The notes below the pieces were generated by a model that saw only the letters and a program-made list of their open reading frames with translations, was not told the origin of the DNA and did not search any database. A DNA stretch of 57,953 nt, filler included, from Basidiobolus meristosporus CBS 931.73 (lineage: Eukaryota; Fungi; Basidiobolomycota), in NCBI GenBank assembly GCA_002104905.1. It is 3 parts of 3 records of this genome, joined end to end, with 100 filler letters (N's around TTAATTAATTAA, not from the genome) between each part and the next. Parts side by side here need not be neighbours in the genome. Positions count along the whole stretch, not along the records: positions 28,811 to 45,046 come from MCFE01001128.1; positions 45,147 to 57,953 come from MCFE01001226.1; 1 more part is not named here. One strand, written 5' to 3'. Positions 37,678 through 48,371 of this stretch are shown here, in pieces. A program made the translations under genes and the position numbers. Within the stretch, counting starts at the first letter, position 1. The number at the start of each line of letters is the position of its first letter.

Positions 37678-38756
37678 TGTGGTGGTGTATAAGTCCAAAG
37701 GGCAAAATACGGCCAACACTTCTCAAGTGTGAATGTGTGTGGGGTGTTCACTGGGTGCAATAACCTCTGGCAAAAGCTTGCTAGGAATACTGGGTCTTTT
37801 GTCTAATCTAATGTGATGGGGGATAAAGCCTCAAGCTTGTCAAGGGAAAACTATTGAACTACAATCCCCAACTTAGTTGGCATCTTAACAAAAGTTTATA
37901 ATGGCTTTGACGTCCTTTGAGATGACAATGTACTAAAGCTTCCAAAGTCAAAACAACTGTAAACTCCACCAACAGGGACTTGATAAGAATGCAGCTTTGA
38001 CCAATAGTTACAAAGACTGAAAAGTATCTTTGCCTGTACAAGAACAAACTTGGGAAAACAAACAAATATAATAAAATATACCTACTCTGAGTATTCCTCA
38101 CAAGTAGTGCCTCCAAGGTCAGTTGGCTGTCAGCGCGGTTTCCTGGGAGTATTGTCAGGTCTGAGTCAGAAAATAGTGGTAATAGGTAGCGGTGATCTCA
38201 CTAATCAATAAGTCGGAATATTGGAAGAGGGATGATTTATTTTAAGGGATAGCCTCCCTTATATACTTTTTTTGCTGCTCAAATTCTTGCTAGAAAATAC
38301 TTTCCGGAAGTTTCCAGAAGGTAGTAGACAACCAATCATGTCTTTGTGTACTAAAAATAGCGCAAATTCTTGGCGGATTGTTCCATGAGACATAGTAGCA
38401 CCTAGCCAATCAGGTAGTGGTAATATGAAACCTCTGTGTCATGTGGTTGCCTCTTATGGTAGTAGGATAGGAGGGTTATGAACCAAGATGGTCACATGAC
38501 ATGGGCACTGTTGGGGTATTGCCTTATATGGTAACTATCTTATCTTGGCATCTTGGCAAGGAATAAGAATAGCTTGTGCAATGGGCTAATAGTGACAAAT
38601 AGTTTGTCAGGTTGCATAGTAACAATCACATAGACAAAAATAGGAAATATTGCAAATTTGGAATGATAATAATATAGGGAGGGTAATCCTTTTTAGGGAA
38701 GTGAACGCATGAGAATGAGCACATCTGCCTGTGGGTGTCACTGTGACCCCACTACA
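37678..38756 (-). repeat. 5' LTR of element C
   Basis: Direct repeat of 31566-32644. Confidence 0.97.
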
Positions 38757-38979
38757 GCGGTGTTGTATAAGTCCAAACTGAGCTATAAGAGCTACTAGGA
38801 GATAAACTTGGGCAACTTAAGTCTGAACTTGCAAAAGATGAATATATAACAGAGAGTATTTTTGTGTCATGTGAACTATATAGATTCAAGACAAAAAAAG
38901 ATGTAGTAGAAGCCCATGCAAAAGGTATGCACAAAGATAAACAAAAGCTGTATAGCAATGTTGTTGAACTACTCTCCCA

Positions 38980-41594
38980 ACTGCAGTTGCAACTGAGTAA
39001 CAGGTCTTATACCTAGTACCCTCATCATCCTTTTGGTGGTGTTAGTGGCTTGTTGGAATTATATGAGTATCCATGTACTCAATGGCTTGTTGTCTTGTTC
39101 TAAGCTGCTCATTAAAGGTCTTCCTAATAGATGGGGATACACTCATGATCTCTCCAACCAGCAAAGTGAGGTTTTGTTTCAACCACTTCTCAATGATCAG
39201 ATGAGGGCTTGAGTAGCTTGCAATCTTTGAGGTCATCTGAAAGTGAGGTAATGGTTCTTGGGTGGTCAGCATACTGGGCCTCATGTCAATGGCAACTTCA
39301 GGCTCTTCAGATTGTGGTATTATGAGGATGTGTTTGACAGCTTCTTCAAGAAGGTGTCTTTTGGCAGCAAAGGCATCAACTTCATATTGTCTGTTGTCAG
39401 GACTGCTTGAGCTCACTGTAAGACTCCCAATAGGGGCATCAACTGTAATCTTTCTGGTTGCTGAGTTGGAAATCTGGCAAAGGGCTCTCATACCTCCTCA
39501 TTGGAAATTGGTGGGGATCCTTCTTCCTTCCATGTCGGCAAGCATTCCATCAGCATCCAACTGTACAGTTTCTTCTTTGAGCTGTTGACTAAGCTTAGAG
39601 TATTCTCTTTGGGCATGCTGAGTGGAATTACACCTGATGCAGTGTCTGGGCCAAGGTTTTTGGCTCTCAGTAGTTATTTCAACTGAGCCATCAATCTTGA
39701 GGGCTAGCTTTTGCGGCTGTTTGGCAAGTAGGTGATTCTTTTGGTAGTATAGGTTTGTTTGTCAGCAACAGCACTCCTTCACTCCTTGCTCAGCTGGTCT
39801 GGCAGATTAGACTTCCGGAGTCTCATAAAGATGGACATCTGTTTTGCTTCTAGGAGAACATGTCTCATCTCTGCAAAGCATGGAATGCTGGGCTTGTCAC
39901 CCTTGGCTGCATGTATGTCCACTTTTTTTGTCATGTCTTGGGGAAGTCCTTGTGCAAGGTAAAGTGCCATGGTAAACTCAGTAATAGCTTGGGAATCTAG
40001 GAGTGGCTTGGCCATGTCTTCATACTGCCAAATGAACTCTACATGTGGTTGCTTGGAAAGTCCAGTTCTTCTAAAGTGGCTCAGATCTTCAATTCCATAG
40101 CTTATTGGGGGTCTACCATACTTGGCTTGTAGGTAGATCTTCATTAAGGCCCAGTCAGTGAGTATTTTCCCTGTCTGAGAAGCTTGGTGGTATCTTTAGT
40201 GCAGTGGTAGGGAATTCTTCAACCATTTCTTGTTCAGAGAGGCTGCACATCTTGCAGAGCTTCTCCCACTCAAATAAGAAGCTTTCCACATTCTTCCCAT
40301 CAAACTCTGGGGCTCTGTGTGAGTGTGGTAATGGCACAGAATTCATTCTGTGTAGGTAGGTTGGTGTTGTAATCTTGATAATATTGGTAATCTCCTTACA
40401 ATAAGTGTGTAATGGCTCAAATCTTGGGGTAAATCTTGTTGGGTCCTAAGGAGCTTGTATGGGCCCCACATGTTGGGTGCTAAATATGTGGTAGAGTATA
40501 GTGTAAAGGAGAAATATCTCATATGTTGTAGAGTATAAGTGTAAAGGAGAAATATCTCCAACACTTCTCAAGAGTTTTGTGTGTGGGGTGTTCACTTGGT
40601 GCAATAACCTCTGGCAAAAGCTTGCCAGGAATACTTTGGTTCTGTCTCTAATCTAATGTGATGGGGAATAAAGCTACAAGCTTGTCAAGGGAAAACTATT
40701 GAGCTACAATCTCCATGTTAGTTGGCATCTTAACAAAAGTATTAGCTGGGTTCAGTATCCTTTGAGATGACAGTGTACTAAAGCTTTCAAAGTCAAAACA
40801 GCTGTAAACTCCTCCAGCAGGGACTTTATTAGAATGCAGCTGTAGTCAATAGTTACAAAGACAGAAAAGTATCTTTGCCTGTGCAAGAACAAACTCAAGA
40901 AAGAATCAAATACAACAAAACATACCTAATCTGAGTATTCCTCACAAGTAGTGCTTCTATGGTCAGTTGGCTGTCAGTGCAGCTTCCTGGGAGTGTCCTG
41001 TAGTCTGGAATTGGAAGTTCAGGTAGCAGTAGGTAGCAGTGATCACACCAATCAACAAGTTAGTATACTAATAATAGGGATGATAATTTATTGTGGAGGG
41101 ATTGCCTCCCTTATATACTTTTCTCACTGGTTAGGTGATTACTAATCAAGGTATTCCAGAAGGTTCCAGTGGTCAAATAGAAATATTATTGACATCCAAA
41201 TGAGCTAAGAATGCTCTAAGTAGGTGCCAGAAGGTTCTAAGAGGCACAGCCCCCCAACCAATCAGGGATCAATATATTGGAGCCTGTGTAACATAGGAAT
41301 ACCATATATGGTATCAAAATGGTAAGGATAGTGACACAGCTTGATCATGTGTTACAGGTACTGGTTTGGATACCTGCCTAACATAGAAGCACTTACATCC
41401 AGTAATCTAACTTAAAGTGAGGGACAACTTATGCAATAAGGTAAGCAGGTGTGATAGTCAGCCAGCTTATGGGATAATACTGATCAAGTAAGACAAATGG
41501 GATAAAACTAATATAAGGGTAGTAGAAAAATAGGGAAGTAGAAACTATGGGAATGAGCACATCTGTCAGTGGATGTCACTGTGACCCCGCTTCA
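38980..41594 (-). mobile_element. Older relative D of element C: 5' LTR (40487-41594), decayed PBS and fragmented gag
   Basis: ORFs 40155-40346, 39779-40144 and 39042-39491 align with element C gag; the LTR has a tandem duplication of about 30 bp near 40492-40558. Confidence 0.92.
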
Positions 41595-41765
41595 ATGTCC
41601 TCAACTCATCTGTTAAGCTGTTCCATTGATTAGTCATCTGAGATCTATCCAACTACTTAGCAGTTTCCAAGACATCAGCTGATTATTGAAGCAATTTCTC
41701 ATTTATCTTATGCACCTATGAACACCCCAACATATTCAATGAGTCCAGTCACTTGGTGCTTACTA
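41595..41765. repeat. Dispersed repeat, homologous to 44875-45046
   Basis: Both read ATGTCCTCAACT...GATTAGTCATCTGA...GCAATTTCTCATTTATCT...AACACCCCAACA...CTTACT. Confidence 0.8.
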
Positions 41766-42129
41766 ATTCAACTTGATCAGAAAAGTATTGATAAAGTTTA
41801 CTGAACCTTTTGGTTTAGTGAGTGTCTCAACGAAAACAAGATTGTGCCTCAGCAAAATTAAGAATTCAACAACTCTGGTTTAGTTTCCATCCAAGTCTAG
41901 TATATCTAGCACTCCCAAGAAACCAAGCCTAGCCTACATAGCTAACCAAATCTGTTGCCTTTATAGCCCAGCTTGGCTATATACAAGACTATTATTAGAC
42001 CAGAGCTTCTCTGGTAATATTTCTGTCACTCTTGACAATTGTAAGATTTTACGCTTAGTTGCTACTTAGGCACAGTTAACTCATTCAAGAGTTTATTACA
42101 CTTTTATCTTGGAAACAACAAAGTGACCT

Positions 42130-44740
42130 TCTGAAGCCATTTCAACCAGGAGTACACTGGAAGCATTGGGAATCATATGTAGACCTTATAAGAATATTTA
42201 TCCAGAAGCAGATCACCAATACCAACTTGACACATCCAGAGCTTTTGAGTAAGGAGTCTGTGATGTGATTTTAGTGGCAATACCTCAAATATAAAGCTGA
42301 ATGCAGAGATCTCTGCTGCTACTATATCCATTCTCTATTCTATCTTGCTAGGTGTGTAGAGAATACTGGCCATTGCTTCATCTTTTGAGAGTTTCCTATG
42401 GAGCAGATGTGTGGGGAGATCAGTAGACAAGTCAAGTTGCAGGTACTACCATATCCCAATCTCATCACAAAGATACATGGAATTCATTAAGGAAGACTTA
42501 GAAAATACTGAGGAGATATATGCACATGGCAACACCTATACCATGGCAATAAGAAGCTAAGCAGCCGCAATGCCTGGGTAATCAGTTAAGTAATGCAAAG
42601 TTGAGCTAGCAGCAACTGGCAACTAATTTACATTAGAAACACTCTACCAAAGTATGCAGGGTTTCTCTTGGTTGCAAGCCAGTTTCTACATCATTGAATA
42701 TGAAATTTACACAAACAAGTGGCAGAGCGCACCTTTAAGGGGGACTAGAATCTGGCAGGGAGAAGGAATATATTGGCTCAATTCCAAAAAGCTCTTTTTG
42801 GATATTTGGGAGGAATTCATGGCATCAGTGACAGTAACCAGGCATATGTTTGCAAGATGCATATGTTACCAGCAATACAAGGTCTATGGTAACTTTTGAA
42901 GTACCATATTGAGCAGATACATAGGTAAGGTGATAGAAGTGTGCTAGTTGTAACAGGTGTGCATGTTTGTAGAGGTTAATAAGCAGGAGGCCATAGTTTA
43001 TTTTTTGATTTGAGCTATTTGTGGCATACCCAAGGTAGTGGTGGGTAGGCAAATAAACAGGGGTGATTATACAATGGAATATATTAATTGCATATGGGGA
43101 GATACATAATAGTAAATTGGTATGGTAGCATTATACAGAGCTAGCTGTAGGCCACCATACTGCTGTAATAATATCATCAGAGGCTTGCAATGAGGCCATC
43201 AAGATACTATCAAGTTTTTTGCCATATATGGCAATGGGATGTACTAGCTGGTTAGATCCACTCAAATAGCTATAAAGTGCAGTAAGACTGCAATAATGCT
43301 ATGCCACCCTTGGCCAAATACCACCCAAACACCATAGTGTATTTGAGCATTGGTTGGCAGTAAAATTGGCCAAACACTGTTGTGATCCCATCTTAAGACT
43401 ACATAGAGTGTCATGCATTCTAAGCTACTAGTATAAGTAGTATTCAACAATGACAATGCAAGTACTGGATGCACTGGATATGTATTTGGACAAGTGGCCT
43501 TTATAAGCATTTCTACCCAGAGTACATTGGAAGCATTGGGAGGCATACATTGACATTGTAGGAATAATTATGCCAATGCAGATCACCAATGACAACTTGA
43601 TCATCTGCAGCTTTTATGCAAAGGGCTTGTGACATGATTTGCGTAGCTATACTGCAAGCACAAAGCCAAACATGCAGATCTCTGCAACTACTGCATTCAT
43701 ACTCTAATCCATCTTGCTTAATGTGCAGTGAATATTGGACCTTATTTCACCTTTTTGGAGTCTCTTATGGATTGGATGTGTGTGCAGATAGGTAGACATG
43801 TCAACTGGCGACTACTACCAGATCTCAATCTCATTACTAATGTGACCTTCAATTTTTTTATGCGTATGATGAGTTTGCACTTGGAGGACACCCTGGAAGA
43901 GTTGGAATACATTGGGGAGCAATGTGCACATGGAGACACCTATGCCATTGGCATTAAGAAGCTAAGCAGCCCCAATGCATGGTGGAATAGTTAAGTATTG
44001 CAAAGTTGGGTTGGACATAACAAGCAACTAGTTTTTATTGGGAAAACTTTGCCAAAGTATACTGGGCTTCAATTGGGTATAAGCTGATTCTACACTATTC
44101 AATATTGAACTAATACAAACAAGAACCAGAGTGTACCTGGAAGTGGGAGTTAGATCTAGAAGGGAGAAGGGATATATTGGCCAAGTATGAGAAAGCTTTA
44201 TGAGGATATTACACAAGTGTTCATGGCAAAAGTGGTGGCAACCTAGCATACCTTTGCAAGATGAATATGTAACCAGCAATACAAGCTTTATAGCAACTTT
44301 GGAAGTACTATGCTGAACAGATATATAGTTGAGGAGATAAAAGTGTGTCAATTGCAGCAGGTGTGTTCTTATGTTGGGGTTAGTAGGCAGGAGGCCATAT
44401 TTGATTTGATTTAAGCTATACATGACATACCCATGGTAGAGTGGGTAAGCAAATAAATTGGGATGATTCTGCAATGGTGTATATGAATGGTGTAAGGGGA
44501 AGTTGCTAATGGAAGTACCATTTGGTAAATTGGTAAAGTAGCATTATACAAAATTGGCTGTAGGCTGCCATACTGCCATTTTAGTAACAATAGATGTCTG
44601 CAAGAGGGCCATCAAGATACTATCAGTTGTTTTCCATATATTTTAATTGGATGTACTAGCTGGCTGGAACTGCACAAACAAGTATAGGCCAACATGGAAC
44701 CATGTGTTGTGCATCAACATTTAACACTTAGCCAACTTCA
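42130..44740 (+). pseudogene. Two tandem decayed copies of the CACTA-like transposase C-terminal region (about 42150-43480 and 43510-44740)
   Basis: Each begins near TGGAAGCATTGGGA (WKHW); ORF 43728-43994 IGPYFTFLESLMDWMC; reverse-complement similarity to 9400-10330. Confidence 0.7.
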
Positions 44741-45046
44741 CTCCATTACAAAATCTAGTACTCTAACTGATTTTCCCTAACCCAAACATAACTAATCCCT
44801 GTTATGGTTTATTTTATCACTTCTCAGAAGCTATTTTTTAGCTGTCAAACCTGATCAATTTTTGAGTGGTCATTATGTCCTCAACTGATCTGCTAAGCCT
44901 TTCCAAAGGATTAGTCATCTGATATCTATCCAACCACTTAGTAATTGTCAAGATATTAGCTGATTAATGATGCAATTTCTCATTTATCTCACGCACCTAT
45001 CAACACCCCAACAGATTTCATTTAGTCCAGTCTCTTGGCACTTACT

Positions 45047-45146
45047 NNNNNNNNNNNNNNNNNNNNNNNNNNNNNNNNNNNNNNNNNNNNTTAATTAATT
45101 AANNNNNNNNNNNNNNNNNNNNNNNNNNNNNNNNNNNNNNNNNNNN
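45047..45146. other. Artificial assembly spacer
   Basis: 44 N + TTAATTAATTAA + 44 N. Confidence 0.98.
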
Positions 45147-45437
45147 GGTTTATAATTTGTACAATTGAAGTAGTAGGGATGATTGCAAGACATAGCTTGA
45201 GTATAACAGGTACTGATGCCGGTACCTGCCTAATATAAGTACATGTGCTGATCACAATACTGAATAATATTTCATATGCCAGTGCTAATGGTAAACAGGG
45301 TGAGTTTCACACAGGGATAACACTAATTTTGCAGGCCAAGAAAAATGGGAAAACACTGATAAGACAAATATGGGTCAATATACCACAACAGCTAAATGGA
45401 TAAATCTGCCTGTGGTTGGTATATTAACCCTACCACA
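45147..45437. repeat. Distant C/D-type LTR remnant
   Basis: GGTACCTGCCTAATATA and terminal ATCTGCCTGTGG...CCCTACCACA resemble the C/D LTR end. Confidence 0.5.
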
Positions 45438-45689
45438 GTAGCTTACAACATATGACCCAGAAACTGTCCTGATACCAGCATATGTTAACAGTTACATGGC
45501 ATTCACTTCAGCAAATGCAATCATTGAAAGTAGTACAACTTGTCAGGAATACACCACAATAGAAGGTGAATACTGTTAACACTCCAGATATATTCCAGGT
45601 ATACCCATTCAAGAAGTTCATACAGTCCAACAATATGGAGAAGCTAAAAAGTACTGCACTCATGTTTACAAGGTGATATATCTCTGTTG

Positions 45690-47080
45690 AAGCTTTAGTT
45701 ATGCCTCAATTGCCAATTGTATTGACATATATAAGTTTTCTGCCCAAATGCCCTATTTCCATTGCTTTGGCAGAAGCCCTATAGCTATATGCAGCTAGTC
45801 ATTCAATGCTTCCAATACAAGCTGGTGTTCAGCCAGCACTGCAAGGTCTGGCACCTCATCTGTTAGTCTTTGCAGTAGCTCCTTGCATTAGTCAAGTGTG
45901 TTTGCTTGAGCACTGCTCTTGAAGAAGTGTTACAACCTCTTGGTGTGCCCATTAGTTCTAAGGTCCAAAAATTCCACTGTAGGCATTTTGATAGTCCTTT
46001 GAGTTCTTGGTGCTGTTGCTTTGTCTGTAAGTTGGATCTCCACTGAGTCTACAATGAAGGACATTGAAGCAGTGGCAAATTAATTGCTTTTCTCTGCAAA
46101 CCTATCCACCTCTGTGGAGCATAGCTCAACTGGCTGTACTTCCAATTCTGAAGAAAACAAGCTTTCTCTTGTTGGTAACTCTTCTTGGCTGTGATGGGAT
46201 GCAGCCTGGTCTGGGCTGATGGTGTTAATTAGTGAGAACTGCAGCTTGTATATTTATATGGTTCACAAGCCAGTTTCCACATTGCTCAGCAGGGAACTCA
46301 CACAAACTAGAGCCAGAGCACACCAGTTACAGGGGCTAGTATCCAGTAGGGTGAAGGAATTTATTGGCTGAATACCAAGAAGTTCCATGTAGATATTCAG
46401 AAGGTATTTGTGTTAAAAGTGGAGGCATCCCAAAACATGTTTACAAGATGTATGTATTACCAGCAATACATGGTATATGGCAACTTTGCAATTATTGCAC
46501 TAAAAAGCTGTAAAGCTTAGGTAATAGAAGTGCATCAATTGCAGCAGGTGTGCACATTTGTAGAGTTTTCTTTAATTTGTGCTATATATGAAATGTGCAA
46601 GGTAACAGTGGGTAAACAAATAAAGAGGGGTGATTGTACAGTGGTGATATGAATGGTGCAAGGGGAGGTAGAGAATATAATTTAACATTGGGTATATTAG
46701 TCTGGTAGCATTATAGCAAACTAGCTGTAGGCCACCATACTGCTATAATAATGCCAACTAAAGTTTACAATGAGGCCATCAGAGCAATGTTAAGCTGCTT
46801 GCCATATATGGCAATTAGATGCATTGGCAGGCTAGGTCTACTCAACTAAGTATGGAGTGCATCAAGACCATTAGAGTGCCATGCAGCTCTTGTCAAAAGA
46901 CAGCTACAACACTGTCAGCTTTTAAGCATTGTTTTGGCAGTAAAATTAGCACAGTGACATAACAATCCTATCTTAAGATTGAGTAGATGGTTAATAATTG
47001 CAAGCTAATAGTATTATGCTGGACTCATTGCAGAACCCTGATGGCTGATCTGGACTAGATTCACCCATAAGACCAGATAA
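45690..47080. mobile_element. Deleted CACTA-like remnant T5: ORF2 on minus (about 45690-46250), transposase C-terminus on plus (about 46270-47080)
   Basis: Similarity to 25400-26000 and to 42700-43400. Confidence 0.65.
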
Positions 47081-48370
47081 TCCTTTATACAGCTCTTGAA
47101 TATCTACAGAGCACTTCTTGGTATTTTGCCAATTGTTTCTTCTCCCTGCTGGATCCTATTCTTCTATATTGGTATGCTATAGCTCTTGTTTGTGTGAACT
47201 TGGCATTGAATGGTAGAGAAACTGACTTGTGATTAAGAAAAACCTGGCATACTTTGGTAAGTTGTCCTAATAAAACTTAGTAGCTTGTTAAGCCCAACCC
47301 AATTTTGCATTATTTAAATAACTACATACACATTTGGGCTGCTTAGCTTCTTGATGCCAAAGGCATAGGTGTATGCATGCACACATCTGTCCCCGGTACT
47401 TTCCAACTCTTCCTGGCTGTCTTCCATGTGCCAACTCATCACATCCATGACAGAATAGAAGGTAATATTCTTGATGAAATTGGGATATGGTAGTGCCTGC
47501 AACCTGACTTGTCTTCCTGTATCCCCACATGTCCCATCTATAGAACACTCCCAAAAGGTGAAGCAAGGTCTAATATTCTCCACACACAAAGCAAGATGGA
47601 GTAGCATATGGATATAATAGTGGCAGAGATCTACATGTCAAGCTTTATCTATATAGTATAGCTGCTGTCATGATCACATGACAATCATGAACACCCATGC
47701 CAAGTTTCAGCTTCCTAGCTCAATTTCTAAGAGATTTCTTTTGGAACCTTCTACCACCTTCCAGAAAGTTCCTGACCATTCCAAACCATTGTTACACAAT
47801 GGAACATTCTATGGAAGCTTTCCATCATATTTTTCATAGTCCAGTACCATATATGGAAATACCAGGCCACATGACTTAGTCACATGATCAGGTGACCTGA
47901 TCCATTTCCCCATCCTGTCTCAGTGCTGTGTCATCTATGTCATTATCCCCAGCACCATTGCTGTGCCTCACCCCACAACCCCATTAGTATTAGCTAATAT
48001 CTCTTGGCATCAGTATAGCCAAAAAGTATATATAGTCCTATCCCCCCTTAAGTATTCCTCAGTCTGATAAACACAGGTCTTGAATAAACAGCCTTGCCTT
48101 GAATCCTGCCTTGCCTTGATGGTCCACACCTAAGTCCTTTGCTGCCATGCCTAGCTTTTCCTCTTGCCTTGTGTCTATTCATAACAGCTGCTCAAATCTC
48201 ATCACACACTCTTTGCTCAAAAGCTGTGGATATGTCAAGTTGGCATTGGTGACCTGCTTCTGGATGGATTTTCCTACAATGTCCACATATAACTCCCAAA
48301 GCATCCAATGTACTCTTGGTAGAAATGACTTCAGAAGGCTACTTGAGTAAATACATATCCAGTTCATTCA
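47080..48370 (-). pseudogene. CACTA-like transposase C-terminal remnant T6, interrupted by a solo LTR
   Basis: ORF 47314-47607 LLHLALCVENIRPCFTFWE...PYPNFIKNITF. Confidence 0.75.
47666..48186 (+). repeat. Solo LTR (521 bp) of a family not otherwise present in the window
   Basis: TGTCATGA...TCATAACA termini; exact 5-bp TSD GCTGC at 47661-47665 and 48187-48191; TATATA and AATAAA motifs. Confidence 0.92.
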
Positions 48371-48371
48371 G

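Larger units (their letters stand above)
31566..38756 (-). mobile_element. Full-length Gypsy element C with 1079-bp LTRs and intact gag-pol
   Basis: LTRs 31566-32644 and 37678-38756, PPT, PBS and a single 1617-aa ORF; flanks ACGG and GCGG are not an exact TSD. Confidence 0.97.

Noticed and set aside
31562-38760. ACGG/GCGG as a mutated TSD of element C
   Set aside because: The sequence beyond the right flank is not the continuation of the interrupted family A pol
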